Shown piece by piece: positions 24,114-34,678 of a DNA stretch of 64,000 nucleotides. A program made the translations under genes and the position numbers. The notes beneath the pieces were generated by a model. That model saw only the letters and a program-made list of their open reading frames with translations. It ran no database searches and was not told where the DNA came from. Source of the DNA: a virus (Duplodnaviria; Caudoviricetes); IMG/VR virus record IMGVR_UViG_3300028805_000070, positions 69,083 to 133,082 of that record; one strand, given 5' to 3'. Each line of letters begins with the position of its first letter. Position 1 is the stretch's first letter.

Positions 24114-24499
24114 TATAGGTCTGGGCGCGCGATAAAATCATAAAGAGGACAACTTAATCCATCTTTATCAGTTACATTTTCGTGCATAAATATGAGAAAT
24201 CCTTTTTCAATGAGTTCGTTTACTGCGCGATTATAAGAAGAGTCACTGATGCCGGTTTTTGCTACTACGTCTACCTTGCTTAAGCCGCCTACATAGCCAT
24301 CTTGATTAGAAATAAGATAAATATAAAGTTTAAAGCCCTTTTCGCTTAATTCGCGGCTAGCGTAAAATAAATCTTCTTTAAATAAATCAGATATACGTAC
24401 ATCACTGCTACGCTGCTTTTCGCGCACCTTCTTCACTCGAAATACTTTTTGATTCTTATTCAGACTATAGTCTGAACTAGTTAATTTTACATTTGCCAT
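24113..24499 (-). CDS. Winged-HTH replication-initiator-like protein
   Basis: LSEKGFKLYIYL...TGISDSSYNRAVNELIEKGFL; abuts the iterons. Confidence 0.55.
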   Translation of the reverse strand: MANVKLTSSDYSLNKNQKVFRVKKVREKQRSSDVRISDLFKEDLFYASRELSEKGFKLYIYLISNQDGYVGGLSKVDVVAKTGISDSSYNRAVNELIEKGFLIFMHENVTDKDGLSCPLYDFIARPDL

Positions 24500-24696
24500 T
24501 TAGGTTCCTCCTTATCGCTTAGATTGCGATATGCGGCGGAAAGCTTCTTGAAACTCTGGCGAGTCCTCAAATATCCATACTTTAAATTCTGGATTATATT
24601 CATTTATATCAGTACCTATAATTTTAAAGCCTTCGCGCCGAAGCTGTAAGGCTATCCAACGAGTATATACTCGGTAGCCTTCGCTTTGTAATTTTG

Positions 24697-25251
24697 TCAT
24701 TTATTTGCCTCCTATAGCTATTTAATATCTTTAATTGCGTCATAAAAAGCAGTTTTCTTTATTTTAAGCTTAGTTTGTATTAATTCTTTATCATAATTAT
24801 CTGTGCTAATGCCGTCAAACATAAGAAAACTTAATAATACACCAAAAGATGCCTTACTTAAATTATTATAATAATATAAAAGCCATTCTTGTTGGGTTTC
24901 GTTTAACTATGGAAAAGTTCCTTTATTTATTTGTATGATTGTATCATTTTTATTAATTTTCCTTTCATTACAAAGTGGCTTATACTTATTTATATAATTA
25001 GTTTCTAGGCATTCAAGCTATTCATTAGATAAAGGGCAATCATTACATTCAAATAATGGTATCAATATTAAATCATTTATAGATATATTCTTCTAACGGC
25101 AATAATTATAAAATTGAGTATGAATCTAATTAGATTTAATTTCTATTTTATGCTAAGAAAATCGCGTCTGAAAAGGTTGATTAGTTTTACCAACATATAA
25201 TAATTCATTATTATAATATATACCATATATTCCGCCATTATTATTTAACAT
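24697..25251 (-). CDS. GIY-YIG-like endonuclease (7 in-frame TAG)
   Basis: GGIYGIY...YVGKT...RF.*H; frame ends at TGA overlapping the next ATG (ATGA, 24697-24700). Confidence 0.75.
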
Positions 25252-25518
25252 TCTTATCACTCTCCATAATTTCTTCCATTTTATCTAGTAATTTTACCGA
25301 TGGATTTTTAGTTCCTTTAAAAATACGACTTAAATGTTCCTAGCTGCATCCAATGTGATTGGCCGCCTCAGTTTGCGTCCATCCTTTATTATATACAAAT
25401 AATTCATATTGCTTTATAATATCTCGTGTCAATTTTCTCACCTGCCTTAAAGACATATATTAAAATAAAAGAAATATGACATATCCTTCATAGAACATGT
25501 CATAATATAACCTTATAA

Positions 25519-26028
25519 TTACATCAAATGCTTCCCTTCATTAACAAATTTTTTAATTGCCTCTGGGCTTGTAAAAATCAGCCCATTCAAATATTTTTCG
25601 TGGTCAAACATATATGCAGCCTGCTCGCGCCGCCACTTATCATCTAGCAAATCTTCTAGCGGCCATCCCAATGTTACTGCAAGTTCACCATCTGGCACCA
25701 AAATTGTATCTGAATAAAAAGAATCAATTGGTTCCCATCCAAAATCTTCTGAGTAAACGGCTGGATAAAATTCATCAAAATCATCTGTTTCATTAATATA
25801 GCCGCGCACTCTAAAAAATCCAAATGTCCAAACTACAAAACGCTTATTGGCTGGCTCGAATTCTACAAATGAATAGCAAGAATTATCTTCCCAAAAGGGG
25901 TTATCGTCCCATTGTTCAATATTATCTACATTATGGCCGCTAGGTACGCTAAAAGATTGCTCAGTTTCATAAGAGCCAACTAGCGTGTGAATACGCGGGA
26001 AATCTGTTACACAATCCATAAAAGTCAT
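25519..26028 (-). CDS. hypothetical protein
   Basis: ORF track, SD present. Confidence 0.65.
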   Translation of the reverse strand: MTFMDCVTDFPRIHTLVGSYETEQSFSVPSGHNVDNIEQWDDNPFWEDNSCYSFVEFEPANKRFVVWTFGFFRVRGYINETDDFDEFYPAVYSEDFGWEPIDSFYSDTILVPDGELAVTLGWPLEDLLDDKWRREQAAYMFDHEKYLNGLIFTSPEAIKKFVNEGKHLM

Positions 26029-26923
26029 TTTACTTCCTCCAATCAGTAATCAAACTCCATATAATAATTATATCCTTCTTCTTCATCTTCATCAAAATGC
26101 CGAAGAATTTCGCAGAGCTTGGGGACAGTTGTAAATCCATCAAAATAGTCTGCATTATGGGTTGCGATATTAATGAGTTCCTCTACATTTTCGCGCGAAA
26201 GTTCGATGAACTCGCCGCAATCGTCATTTACATTAAGAAATGATGCCTGTTCGATAAGAGTCCAAAATTTACGGGCATAATAGACTTCGGTTACTGCATC
26301 TGAGTTGTACCAATCTTCATTACTAAAAACTTTATGATTGCGCGCACGATAGATGTTTATATCAAGACCCATTTTTATTCTCCTTCCTTTTTTACATATT
26401 CTTTTTTCAAAACACAACGATAAGGAATACCATCATCTGGATAAAACATAACATTACCAGTTTTGTGAGTAAAAGAATAATCAATCATACCGGTTTTTCC
26501 TTTACACGGGGTCATACCACTTTTAGCATTATCCTCAATAGCAATTCCGCGTACCATTTTCTTACTTCCTTTCTCTCTTTCTATAATAATTATACCATAA
26601 ATTATAAAAATGTCAAATAAGAGGAGCTCAATTTTGAGCTCCCCAAAAATTAAAATTCATCTGGTACATAAATGGACCATCCCATGCTATCCTTAGTCAT
26701 TGGCGCCCATTCGTCTCCATTATACAAGTATCCTTCAATTATAGTTGGAACTATACGTGTTACAGTAGCATGATGCGGAGAGGTCTGCCTTACTTCTGCG
26801 CCTACAAACCACTTCTTTAGCTTGTCTAAAGTAAGCGAATCCGCGCAATAAAAACGTTGATAAATTGGTTCTTCACTTACTACTGTGCCGAGCGGCCAAG
26901 CTTTCTCTACTTCTTCTTTTGTT

Positions 26924-28288
26924 TTATACATTCTTATTCTCCTGCTTAGTAACCTTAATAACTATGTCTTCTGGTATTTCACAATAGTCATCAATAGGAT
27001 GCGCTTTTGCGCGAAGACCACGCATTGGCGGTATTGTTTCTTTAAGAGTTAGATTCAATATAATACCCACAATCATTGCTAATGCTGTGGTTCCAATGCT
27101 TACAACTCCAAAATTACATACCGCCCCACTAACGCCAAGCGTCAAAACTGCGGCAATAATAGTAACATTCTTATTATTATTCAAATCAATATTATTATCT
27201 TTAATAGTACGAATACCGCTCAAAGTAATGTATCCATAGAGAATGGCGGCGCAACCACCAAAAATAGCACTTGGAATACTTACAAGGAAAGCCTGCAAGG
27301 GGCCAATAAATGCGGCAACGCCCATAATAACTGCCGCTAAAGTAATAACATACTTAGAGCAAATCTTACTAAATCCTGTCGTACCAACACTCTCACCGTA
27401 AGAAGTGTTAGGCATTGCGCCAATAAAAGTGCCTAATGCCGTTGCGGCGCCATCACCCATCAGTGTATATCCAAGACCGGGTTTCTGGGTTAAATCAGTT
27501 CCAATAACAGTGCTTAAAGCCTTATGGTCTGATGTATGCTCACAAATTGTAACCAAACTTAGCGGCAGGAATAGTAAGAGAATTTGGGGTAGATAGCTCC
27601 AATCCCAACTGCCGAAATGTGTAAAGGCAAAATCCGGCATCTGGAATAGTCTTACATCTTTAAATACGCTAAAGTCAATTATCTTAATTCCACATACAGT
27701 AAGGATTGCGGCGAAAGCATATACAATTAGAATTGCTACTAGAAAAGGCAGATTCTTAATAAAGCCTTTTCCATAGTGCGAAATTAGTGCTGTAATAAGT
27801 AACGTTAGCATTCCTAGTCCAAATCCAATTAAGCTATATTGGCCATTGATTTGAAAGTAAGTTGGTAGGAATGTCGCTAGGTTAAGGCCAATAACTGCTA
27901 CAATTGGCCCAATTACAACTGGCGGCAATAGCTTATTAATCCAAGCCGTACCAAAATGATTAATTGCCAGTCCAACCGCGAAGTAAATTGCACATACAAT
28001 TAGACCGCCAATAAATACTGCTAAGTAGTTTGGGGTGGCTCCAAGTGCCAAGGCACCCATTACTGCGGCAACAAATGCGCCGGAAGAACTAATAAACATC
28101 GGGCTCTGGCCACGGGTAATTAGCTGATATAATAGGGTGCCTAGGGCCGCGCCCAACATTGCGGGTGCGATTGGTACTCCACAAATCTGTGGAATAAGTA
28201 CTGTAGCAACAAAGCAAGCTACAACCTGCTGAAGTGCGGCTACAATTAGCCGTTTAGTTGGAAGTTTGTCGTTAATGTTATAAAGCAT
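26924..28288 (-). CDS. Uracil/xanthine permease (NCS2/UraA family)
   Basis: LQQVVACF, SSSGAF, PPVVIGP, EHTSDH, PNTSYGES, about 12 hydrophobic helices. Confidence 0.9.
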   Translation of the reverse strand: MLYNINDKLPTKRLIVAALQQVVACFVATVLIPQICGVPIAPAMLGAALGTLLYQLITRGQSPMFISSSGAFVAAVMGALALGATPNYLAVFIGGLIVCAIYFAVGLAINHFGTAWINKLLPPVVIGPIVAVIGLNLATFLPTYFQINGQYSLIGFGLGMLTLLITALISHYGKGFIKNLPFLVAILIVYAFAAILTVCGIKIIDFSVFKDVRLFQMPDFAFTHFGSWDWSYLPQILLLFLPLSLVTICEHTSDHKALSTVIGTDLTQKPGLGYTLMGDGAATALGTFIGAMPNTSYGESVGTTGFSKICSKYVITLAAVIMGVAAFIGPLQAFLVSIPSAIFGGCAAILYGYITLSGIRTIKDNNIDLNNNKNVTIIAAVLTLGVSGAVCNFGVVSIGTTALAMIVGIILNLTLKETIPPMRGLRAKAHPIDDYCEIPEDIVIKVTKQENKNV

Positions 28289-28293
28289 ATAAA

Positions 28294-28779
28294 TTACCCC
28301 TTATAATTTGTTTTTCCTGTATGAATAGTTTTAGTAGTTATATTATTCCAAGCAGTAGTTACTGAATTTGGGTTAACTTTATTAGATTGTGTTCCGCTTA
28401 CATTTACGTAAGTATCTCCTACTTTATAATCGCTACCGCCAACTTGAAATACAGTAGATTCCGGATGAATTTTAAAGGTATCTGAATCAATTTGTGTCTA
28501 TACTGAAGTCCCATTACAAGTAACTTTATAATCATACCACCAGGGCTTTGTACAATAATCATCTTTGGTCCAAGTAATATCCCATTTATCCCATTTATCA
28601 TTTCTAGAGCAATCGCATTGTCTTACCCAAGGCGCATTGATTTTCCCGCAACGTGGACATTCCCATCCCTTTTCACTCTAATAGTGAGGTGGGATTGTAT
28701 AATAATTATCACTTGTATTAATAGTTGCAGTTTTACCAGTAGTTGAATTGCCAACCTAAACTTTATCTGTTGTTTTCAT
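28294..28779 (-). CDS. Zn-ribbon protein (3 in-frame TAG)
   Basis: SD GGAGG + ATG 28779; GWECPRCGKINAPWVRQCDC; ends TAA 28294. Confidence 0.75.
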
Positions 28780-28782
28780 AAA

Positions 28783-29340
28783 TTACCTCCAATCTGATAC
28801 AGATTCTTCTGTATTTTCAATAAATTCATGCTCTTTCTCTTTCACGAATGCGATTGCATCTTCTATATTAGATACAAGAATACCGCCCTGTTTGATAAGT
28901 CCAGTTACATATAAATTTTGATAACTGTATTGCTGTTCTCCCAATGAGGCGGCGCCACCCCTGTCCTTTGCTTCACTATGTGTTAAATACATTTGTCTGT
29001 TATCTGTACAGATACCAACAATATACTTATGGTCGCCGCGCTCAATCTTCTCATGGAACTTACCAATTTCCGCACAAGTTCCGCTTGGGAGCACGTCACC
29101 GTCAATACAAGCGATGAGAATATCGGTTTTATTTAGCCGAATGTTGTCTCCATTTGCGATTTCTTGTGAGCCTGCAAACTTCTTTTTTCCTTCAACTCCA
29201 TTGATATCAGTATTTTCCACAGGAGAATACAAGTCTACTTCTGGAATTGCGTCACGAATTTTTTTCGCCCATTCGGTATTACGAAGTAGATCGCCATAAG
29301 TAAAAATAGGGCCTGCTAAATAAATTTTCATTTTATTCAT
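28783..29340 (-). CDS. Nucleoside 2-deoxyribosyltransferase
   Basis: IYLAGPIF, YSPVEN, SGTCAEIG, NLYVTG. Confidence 0.8.
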   Translation of the reverse strand: MNKMKIYLAGPIFTYGDLLRNTEWAKKIRDAIPEVDLYSPVENTDINGVEGKKKFAGSQEIANGDNIRLNKTDILIACIDGDVLPSGTCAEIGKFHEKIERGDHKYIVGICTDNRQMYLTHSEAKDRGGAASLGEQQYSYQNLYVTGLIKQGGILVSNIEDAIAFVKEKEHEFIENTEESVSDWR

Positions 29341-29578
29341 TCTCCTTATGCGTCAAATCCCACATAATATCATACATCTCTTGCTTAAACCCATCGGGCT
29401 GCTCTTCTACTGGTAGCATCCACCACGCAAGTCCTGCATCTGGATGGCGCTTGAAGTATTCATCAATTAGCTGGTCATATAGATTTTCCATATTTTTGCC
29501 TCCCATTTTTCTTTTATTATATCATGAATTTGAGAAAAAGTCAAATAAAAAAAGAGGGACGCAAAATGCGTCCCAATA

Positions 29579-30802
29579 TTAAATTCTACTAGCCAACTCA
29601 GCTACCTTACTACGTTCAGTTTTTAACAACTTTACCGTACCAAATTGCTCATCGCCAGCAAGTGCAGTTAACATACGTTCTAGTCCATTATTAGATTCAA
29701 ATTTTTTTCCGTCGGTTTGATAAGTATCTCCATTAATCCAAAGCTCAGAACCTTTCCCACAACGGCTAATTAATAATTTGTAGCCGCCACCGGTAATGTT
29801 CTGTCCTTCAGATACATACAAAATTACATTATCCCAACTCATTCCGCGTATAAAACCTAGATTAACAGCTTCAATTTGTCCTTGTTGCTCTGCCATTTGT
29901 AATCCTTCTTCACCAAGGATACTTGCAATTGGACCAAGGCCCCATTCAATTTTCTTTTGAAGTGACCCTTCTAGAAATCCAATTTCAGGTGCATCTTTAA
30001 AAGGTACAAGATTACGAACAAAGATAATCTTATCTTTCTCGCCGCGTAAAACTAAATCCCACGCGTGAAGGAACATTAAAAAGTCCTTTCCGCCGCCAGG
30101 TACACCAGATAGGAGTTTAACTGGAATGTTAGGATTTTGTAATAGGTCAAAGGCCATTTTCTGTTCTAGGTTAAGCGGGCTAATTGTTTTGCCTAAAAAA
30201 TTATTATGAATATCTTTATACTTCAAGCGCCGATACTCCTGCCCAGTCCAAAATAATATATCTTTTAATGTAGAACCTTCATATATTTCTGCAAACTCAT
30301 TCGTCCTACATTTTAGAATATTCATTTTTGGGTCAGTATAAAGCATTGCCATTTCTTCTTCATTAGGATAACACTTAGACCAGCCATTCCATTCTTCTTT
30401 TGCTTCATATTTACTATCACAATATGCGGCAAGTAAATGCGGCATTTGTAGTGCAAAAGTATATTGAGCAGCATCGCTTGTTAGAAAGATAATATCCTTG
30501 CCTTGCTCTCTTGCAGTAATTTCCGCCGCAAGAAGAATACGGTGGTCATTAATATTACTTAAAAAATTATATTTTTTTAATAGTTTATCAATCTTGTTAT
30601 TGTCTACTAGCACAGGAATAAATGCATCAGTATTAATAATTTTGCGAATGGCTTCGCGCGCGAGGTACTTTATTTCTTGAGTCTCACGTTCATTAGATTT
30701 AATATGTTCTAATTCCTATAGTGTTAATGGACTAATAGCCACTTTCGTTTCATTTAAATTCCAATGTAAAATTGCAGAAGTATCTGCCCAGTGCTAAATC
30801 AT
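29579..30802 (-). CDS. phoH: PIN-PhoH protein (2 in-frame TAG in the PIN domain)
   Basis: Start overlaps the clpP stop (TAATG); MI*HWADTSAIL...TL*ELEHIK PIN motifs, NDHRIL, LTSD; PhoH GVPGGGKD, FIRGMSW, EGQN, GDTYQTD. Confidence 0.85.
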
Positions 30803-31404
30803 TAGTCATCAACTCCATAAATATGGTCTATCAGATTCAGTTCTTTCAATTCCTGTCCCTTAATAAACCATTGTTTACGAGCGTGGCTGTCATATACTTC
30901 TGGGGTAATGTTTGTATTGGCAATAATAAAGTCGCGGATATCTGCATCCACGCCCTTATTAAATTCCATAATGTCATCCGCAGTTCTGGCTTCACTAGCA
31001 TCTAATGCGACATAACCATCATGAAGTAGCACATAAGACGCAGAGAAACCATAACGTGTTACATGTTTATTTTTTCCGCCGCCAGCAAGTATAATACCTG
31101 CCATACTAGCGGCCATACCTGGTACAATAATATTAAGGGGTTTAGAATACATAGAAATGTATTGCGCGAGGTAGAGCCCATTCGTTACGCTACCGCCGCC
31201 AGAATTGAGAATTAAAGTTACTGGTTCGGTTGAGCTATCTTCCTCGAATTCTTTCATTGGAAGATATACTTTTTCTACGGTTGCATCAGTCACATAATCA
31301 TTTAAAATGATAGTGCGTTTATCGAGCAACTGATGAAAATACTGGTAGGTAATGGGGTCAAAACCAAACTTCTCCACTTCGCCAAATAGTTCTTCTAAGT
31401 CCAT
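30802..31404 (-). CDS. clpP: ClpP-like protease
   Basis: LNSGGGSV, AASMAG catalytic Ser, LLHDG. Confidence 0.8.
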   Translation of the reverse strand: MDLEELFGEVEKFGFDPITYQYFHQLLDKRTIILNDYVTDATVEKVYLPMKEFEEDSSTEPVTLILNSGGGSVTNGLYLAQYISMYSKPLNIIVPGMAASMAGIILAGGGKNKHVTRYGFSASYVLLHDGYVALDASEARTADDIMEFNKGVDADIRDFIIANTNITPEVYDSHARKQWFIKGQELKELNLIDHIYGVDD

Positions 31405-31434
31405 AAGTCCTCCTCAGCAACACTTTAAGTGTGC

Positions 31435-32568
31435 TTAGTTTAAAATTTTATCGAGCGTGCAGTCCTCTGGATTGAGATCATCCTTTCTTACTGAGCGTAA
31501 GATTGGATGGCGGATTGAAATCCCTTCTCCATGAGAATTTGCGCGTCGTTCTGAAACCATCATTCCTGTAATTGTTACTGGTACGCCAATCCACTCAACT
31601 AGGTTATCACGTAGTTGTGTCTTAAAATCCTCAGTTAGGCCGCTTACCTTACACAAAGGAATAATGTTTCCTTCTTTATTATAAACACCCACTTGAATAG
31701 CTGCGGGCCATTTATTCCAATAATTTTTTGTCACCGGTAGATAAGGACCACCATTCTGGTATTCACCGAAGTATTCTCCATATACTAGCTCTCCGGTTCT
31801 ACTATTTTCCCATAGCTCCCAGTGCCCGATATCATCACCTTGATACATCTTTTCGCCAGGAACAACGCCAGTGATAATAGCATCAACTTCAGAAGTAATT
31901 TCCTGTTTTACTTTGATAGTGGTCCAAGCAGAACTTCGTTTACCAGGAGTATATAATACTCCCTTCTTGTAGCACACAGCTCCTTCGCCACCGTGCCCGA
32001 TTATATCAGCAACCTTATCAAAGAAAGTCTCGTCCATTTCGTAGAATTTGATTGCCTTAACTAGCGGGTTATTAATGCGAGTTACGACATCATCAATGTA
32101 CTTGACTCGTTCTTCAATGGGCTTATCTAGGAAACTAGTACCGTCTAGGGCCAAAACATCAAAAATGCGCCATTCTACTGGTTGCTCCTTTTGGCGCGCA
32201 AGTGCCTTTGGCGCCAAACATCTCAGAACCGACCCCACCGTGGCATCTACTCCACCGGGAATATAACCTTCCCCTAGTAGAACAGTCGTTCCATTTTGGA
32301 AAGCCTTACATACATCATCCCAGAACAGTACTTTATCTTGTACTTCACCATAAGTCTTAGTTACGGTACTAATACCCCGTGTTTGTAGGGCAGTACGTTC
32401 TGGTGTAATAATACCACGTAGGAAGTTGCCATCATATTTCTGGCTCCAAATATACTGTCCACTCGCGGCCGCGGCCTCAAGTTTCATCTGGCGTACTTCT
32501 TTCGTTGTAGTAGCGGTTGGTGCCCAATATTTCTGAATACCAAGAGAGAACCACTCCAAATCAGTCAT
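31435..32568 (-). CDS. ATP-dependent DNA ligase
   Basis: QKYDG, LLGEGY, IFDVL, EGAV, KVK, VSGLT, IRHP. Confidence 0.85.
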   Translation of the reverse strand: MTDLEWFSLGIQKYWAPTATTTKEVRQMKLEAAAASGQYIWSQKYDGNFLRGIITPERTALQTRGISTVTKTYGEVQDKVLFWDDVCKAFQNGTTVLLGEGYIPGGVDATVGSVLRCLAPKALARQKEQPVEWRIFDVLALDGTSFLDKPIEERVKYIDDVVTRINNPLVKAIKFYEMDETFFDKVADIIGHGGEGAVCYKKGVLYTPGKRSSAWTTIKVKQEITSEVDAIITGVVPGEKMYQGDDIGHWELWENSRTGELVYGEYFGEYQNGGPYLPVTKNYWNKWPAAIQVGVYNKEGNIIPLCKVSGLTEDFKTQLRDNLVEWIGVPVTITGMMVSERRANSHGEGISIRHPILRSVRKDDLNPEDCTLDKILN

Positions 32569-33136
32569 TTTCTTTCTCCTTTTCTACTAGCTGTAAATCT
32601 TCCAATAGCGCGATTGCACTTTCTTTTAATTCCTGCAAACCATCATCATTATGTACAATATAATCAAATACATATTTATCAAGCGAAGTTTCACTTGGAT
32701 GTGCTAATTGCTCAGAGGTAAAAGCAGGATTAATCCACGGTGAACCATTTGGGTTTTTACGCTCAATTCTTACGCAAACAGAATTTGGTACCATATCCAT
32801 AACAATTTCTATTTCATTAGGAAAGCGTGCATCGGGAATCAAAGCTACATCAAAGTCTTCATCAAGTGCTGAAACCAATCCAGCGACAATACCAGTCCAG
32901 AAATTCGGATACTTCGCGCGCACAACATCTGTGCCAATATGCTGTAAAAGTGTGCGGCCGTGTTCATCTTTCTGACCGTCCCAGTTATAAAAATCGCGCA
33001 ATACCCATTTTACGGCGTCTCCATAATGAATAGTTAGGACTCTTTTTCCACAGGATTCTAACTTTTCTTTCATAAAGTGCGCGAGCATATCCTTACCGGC
33101 GCCGCTTTTACCAGAGATAATAATAACTTTATTCAT
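32561..33136 (-). CDS. Deoxynucleoside monophosphate kinase
   Basis: ISGKSGAGKD, R.LLQ.IGT, PDARFPNE, HPSE. Confidence 0.85.
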   Translation of the reverse strand: MNKVIIISGKSGAGKDMLAHFMKEKLESCGKRVLTIHYGDAVKWVLRDFYNWDGQKDEHGRTLLQHIGTDVVRAKYPNFWTGIVAGLVSALDEDFDVALIPDARFPNEIEIVMDMVPNSVCVRIERKNPNGSPWINPAFTSEQLAHPSETSLDKYVFDYIVHNDDGLQELKESAIALLEDLQLVEKEKEND

Positions 33137-33631
33137 CCTTTTTACTCTCCATCTATAGATTAAAATAAAAGCGCAAGAAGTCTTGCTCTTCTGCCGAATG
33201 TTTAAATTGAGTATAAGCAGAGAGGAACTTGGCAGCATCTATAAAATTCATAGTTTGCGCGAGTTCCCACGCGGTTTTTGCTTCTGCTCTCAACTCATCA
33301 CTAATATTCTAAAAAATTTCAATCATTTTTTTCTCCTTTTTGAATTTTATTTAAGATATCAAAAAAGGCTTGAACTTCTTCCTTTGTTTGAAGTTCATAT
33401 TTGCGTATCTTTTTTGGCGCGAGTCTCTCATTGTTTTCTGGCAAGTCGTAAATATAATAGGTTTCATTTCCTTCTGTATCAATAACTCGCTTAGTAATTA
33501 GCTTACCAGTTGCCTTACTCGTTAAAGTAATAACAGTTGCATTTTCTTGATAAGCCGTATCCATATGGAAGCAATCGGTTTTCATTTCGCCTATTAAGCC
33601 TGCATATTGGTCACGTTCAACCTCATAAATC

Positions 33632-34147
33632 TCATCCATTTTGTAGTCCTCGAAAATTATCTTTTAATGTTTGAGCCTCTGCCTGAGCTAGTCTATCGCA
33701 TTCATTATTCCAAAAATTTTTATCATGCCCTTTGACTTTTATAAAAGAATACCAAAAGTTATCAAAATAGGGAATAATTTCCATCCATAGATCGGCGTTA
33801 GCCACAGGCTCATTACTTGAATTAACCCAGCCATTTACTTGCCATTTACTATACCATTCTTGCTTATAGCAATTAATTGCATAGGCTGAGTCGCTATAAA
33901 TACATACTCGTTCGTTCGGTTGCCGATTCTGCTGCGCGTATCTCAAAGCATTACGTATTGCTAATAATTCCATACGTTGATTAGTGGTTTCTTGTTCGCA
34001 GCCAGATACTCGGTATAAGAACTCTCCACCGCGCAGTGCTATAAAGCTCCAGCCGCCAAATCGCACTTTGGCGAGACTTTTACATGACCCATCTGTATAA
34101 ATCTCCATGACTGGAATTTGTTCGTTACTACGTTTTTCTTGAATCAT
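33632..34147 (-). CDS. rnhA: Ribonuclease HI
   Basis: YTDGS, TTNQRMEL, SDSAY, NADLW, KVKGH, NECDRLA. Confidence 0.93.
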   Translation of the reverse strand: MIQEKRSNEQIPVMEIYTDGSCKSLAKVRFGGWSFIALRGGEFLYRVSGCEQETTNQRMELLAIRNALRYAQQNRQPNERVCIYSDSAYAINCYKQEWYSKWQVNGWVNSSNEPVANADLWMEIIPYFDNFWYSFIKVKGHDKNFWNNECDRLAQAEAQTLKDNFRGLQNG

Positions 34148-34199
34148 TTATTTGCTCCTCTTTTTAATTTATTATACAATAAATTAAATGAAAAGTCAA

Positions 34200-34643
34200 T
34201 TATTTAAGAAAGTCGTTCTTCTCTAAACGCTGCTTATACAATGATTCAATCCATTGATATTCTAAGTCGAATACTCCATTAGAATCGCCAGTGCGTTTTA
34301 GCAGTCTAACATATTTATCGTGTAGGTCGGCAATATGCTTAAATTCATCATGAGAATGATTAACTCCATTGCGGCACGAGTTTGCAAATGCTAAAATTTC
34401 CCAGCGAATACGGTCTTTTTCATTCGCATTAACGTCACCCTATATTTCTTCTACTCGATCAGAAACATCATTCATCTTATCGGTTAAATCGCCTGTGAGT
34501 AATTTACTTATCCATTTAAAGAAAGATGAAATAGGGTTCCATTTAACAGGTGTGATCTGAATGAAAATTGAGAATATTAGAAGGACTTGGATAAAATTAT
34601 GTACAAGCCAATCTAATATTTGTTCAAGTTGTGTAGCTTGCAT
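34200..34643 (-). CDS. Putative holin-like membrane protein (1 in-frame TAG)
   Basis: N-terminal TM + IQITPVKWNP; continues through TAG 34440 into RIRWEILAFANSCRNG...SNGVFD, TAA at 34200. Confidence 0.55.
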
Positions 34644-34678
34644 TGTTGGGTCTCACCTCCGGTGGATTTTTATATATG

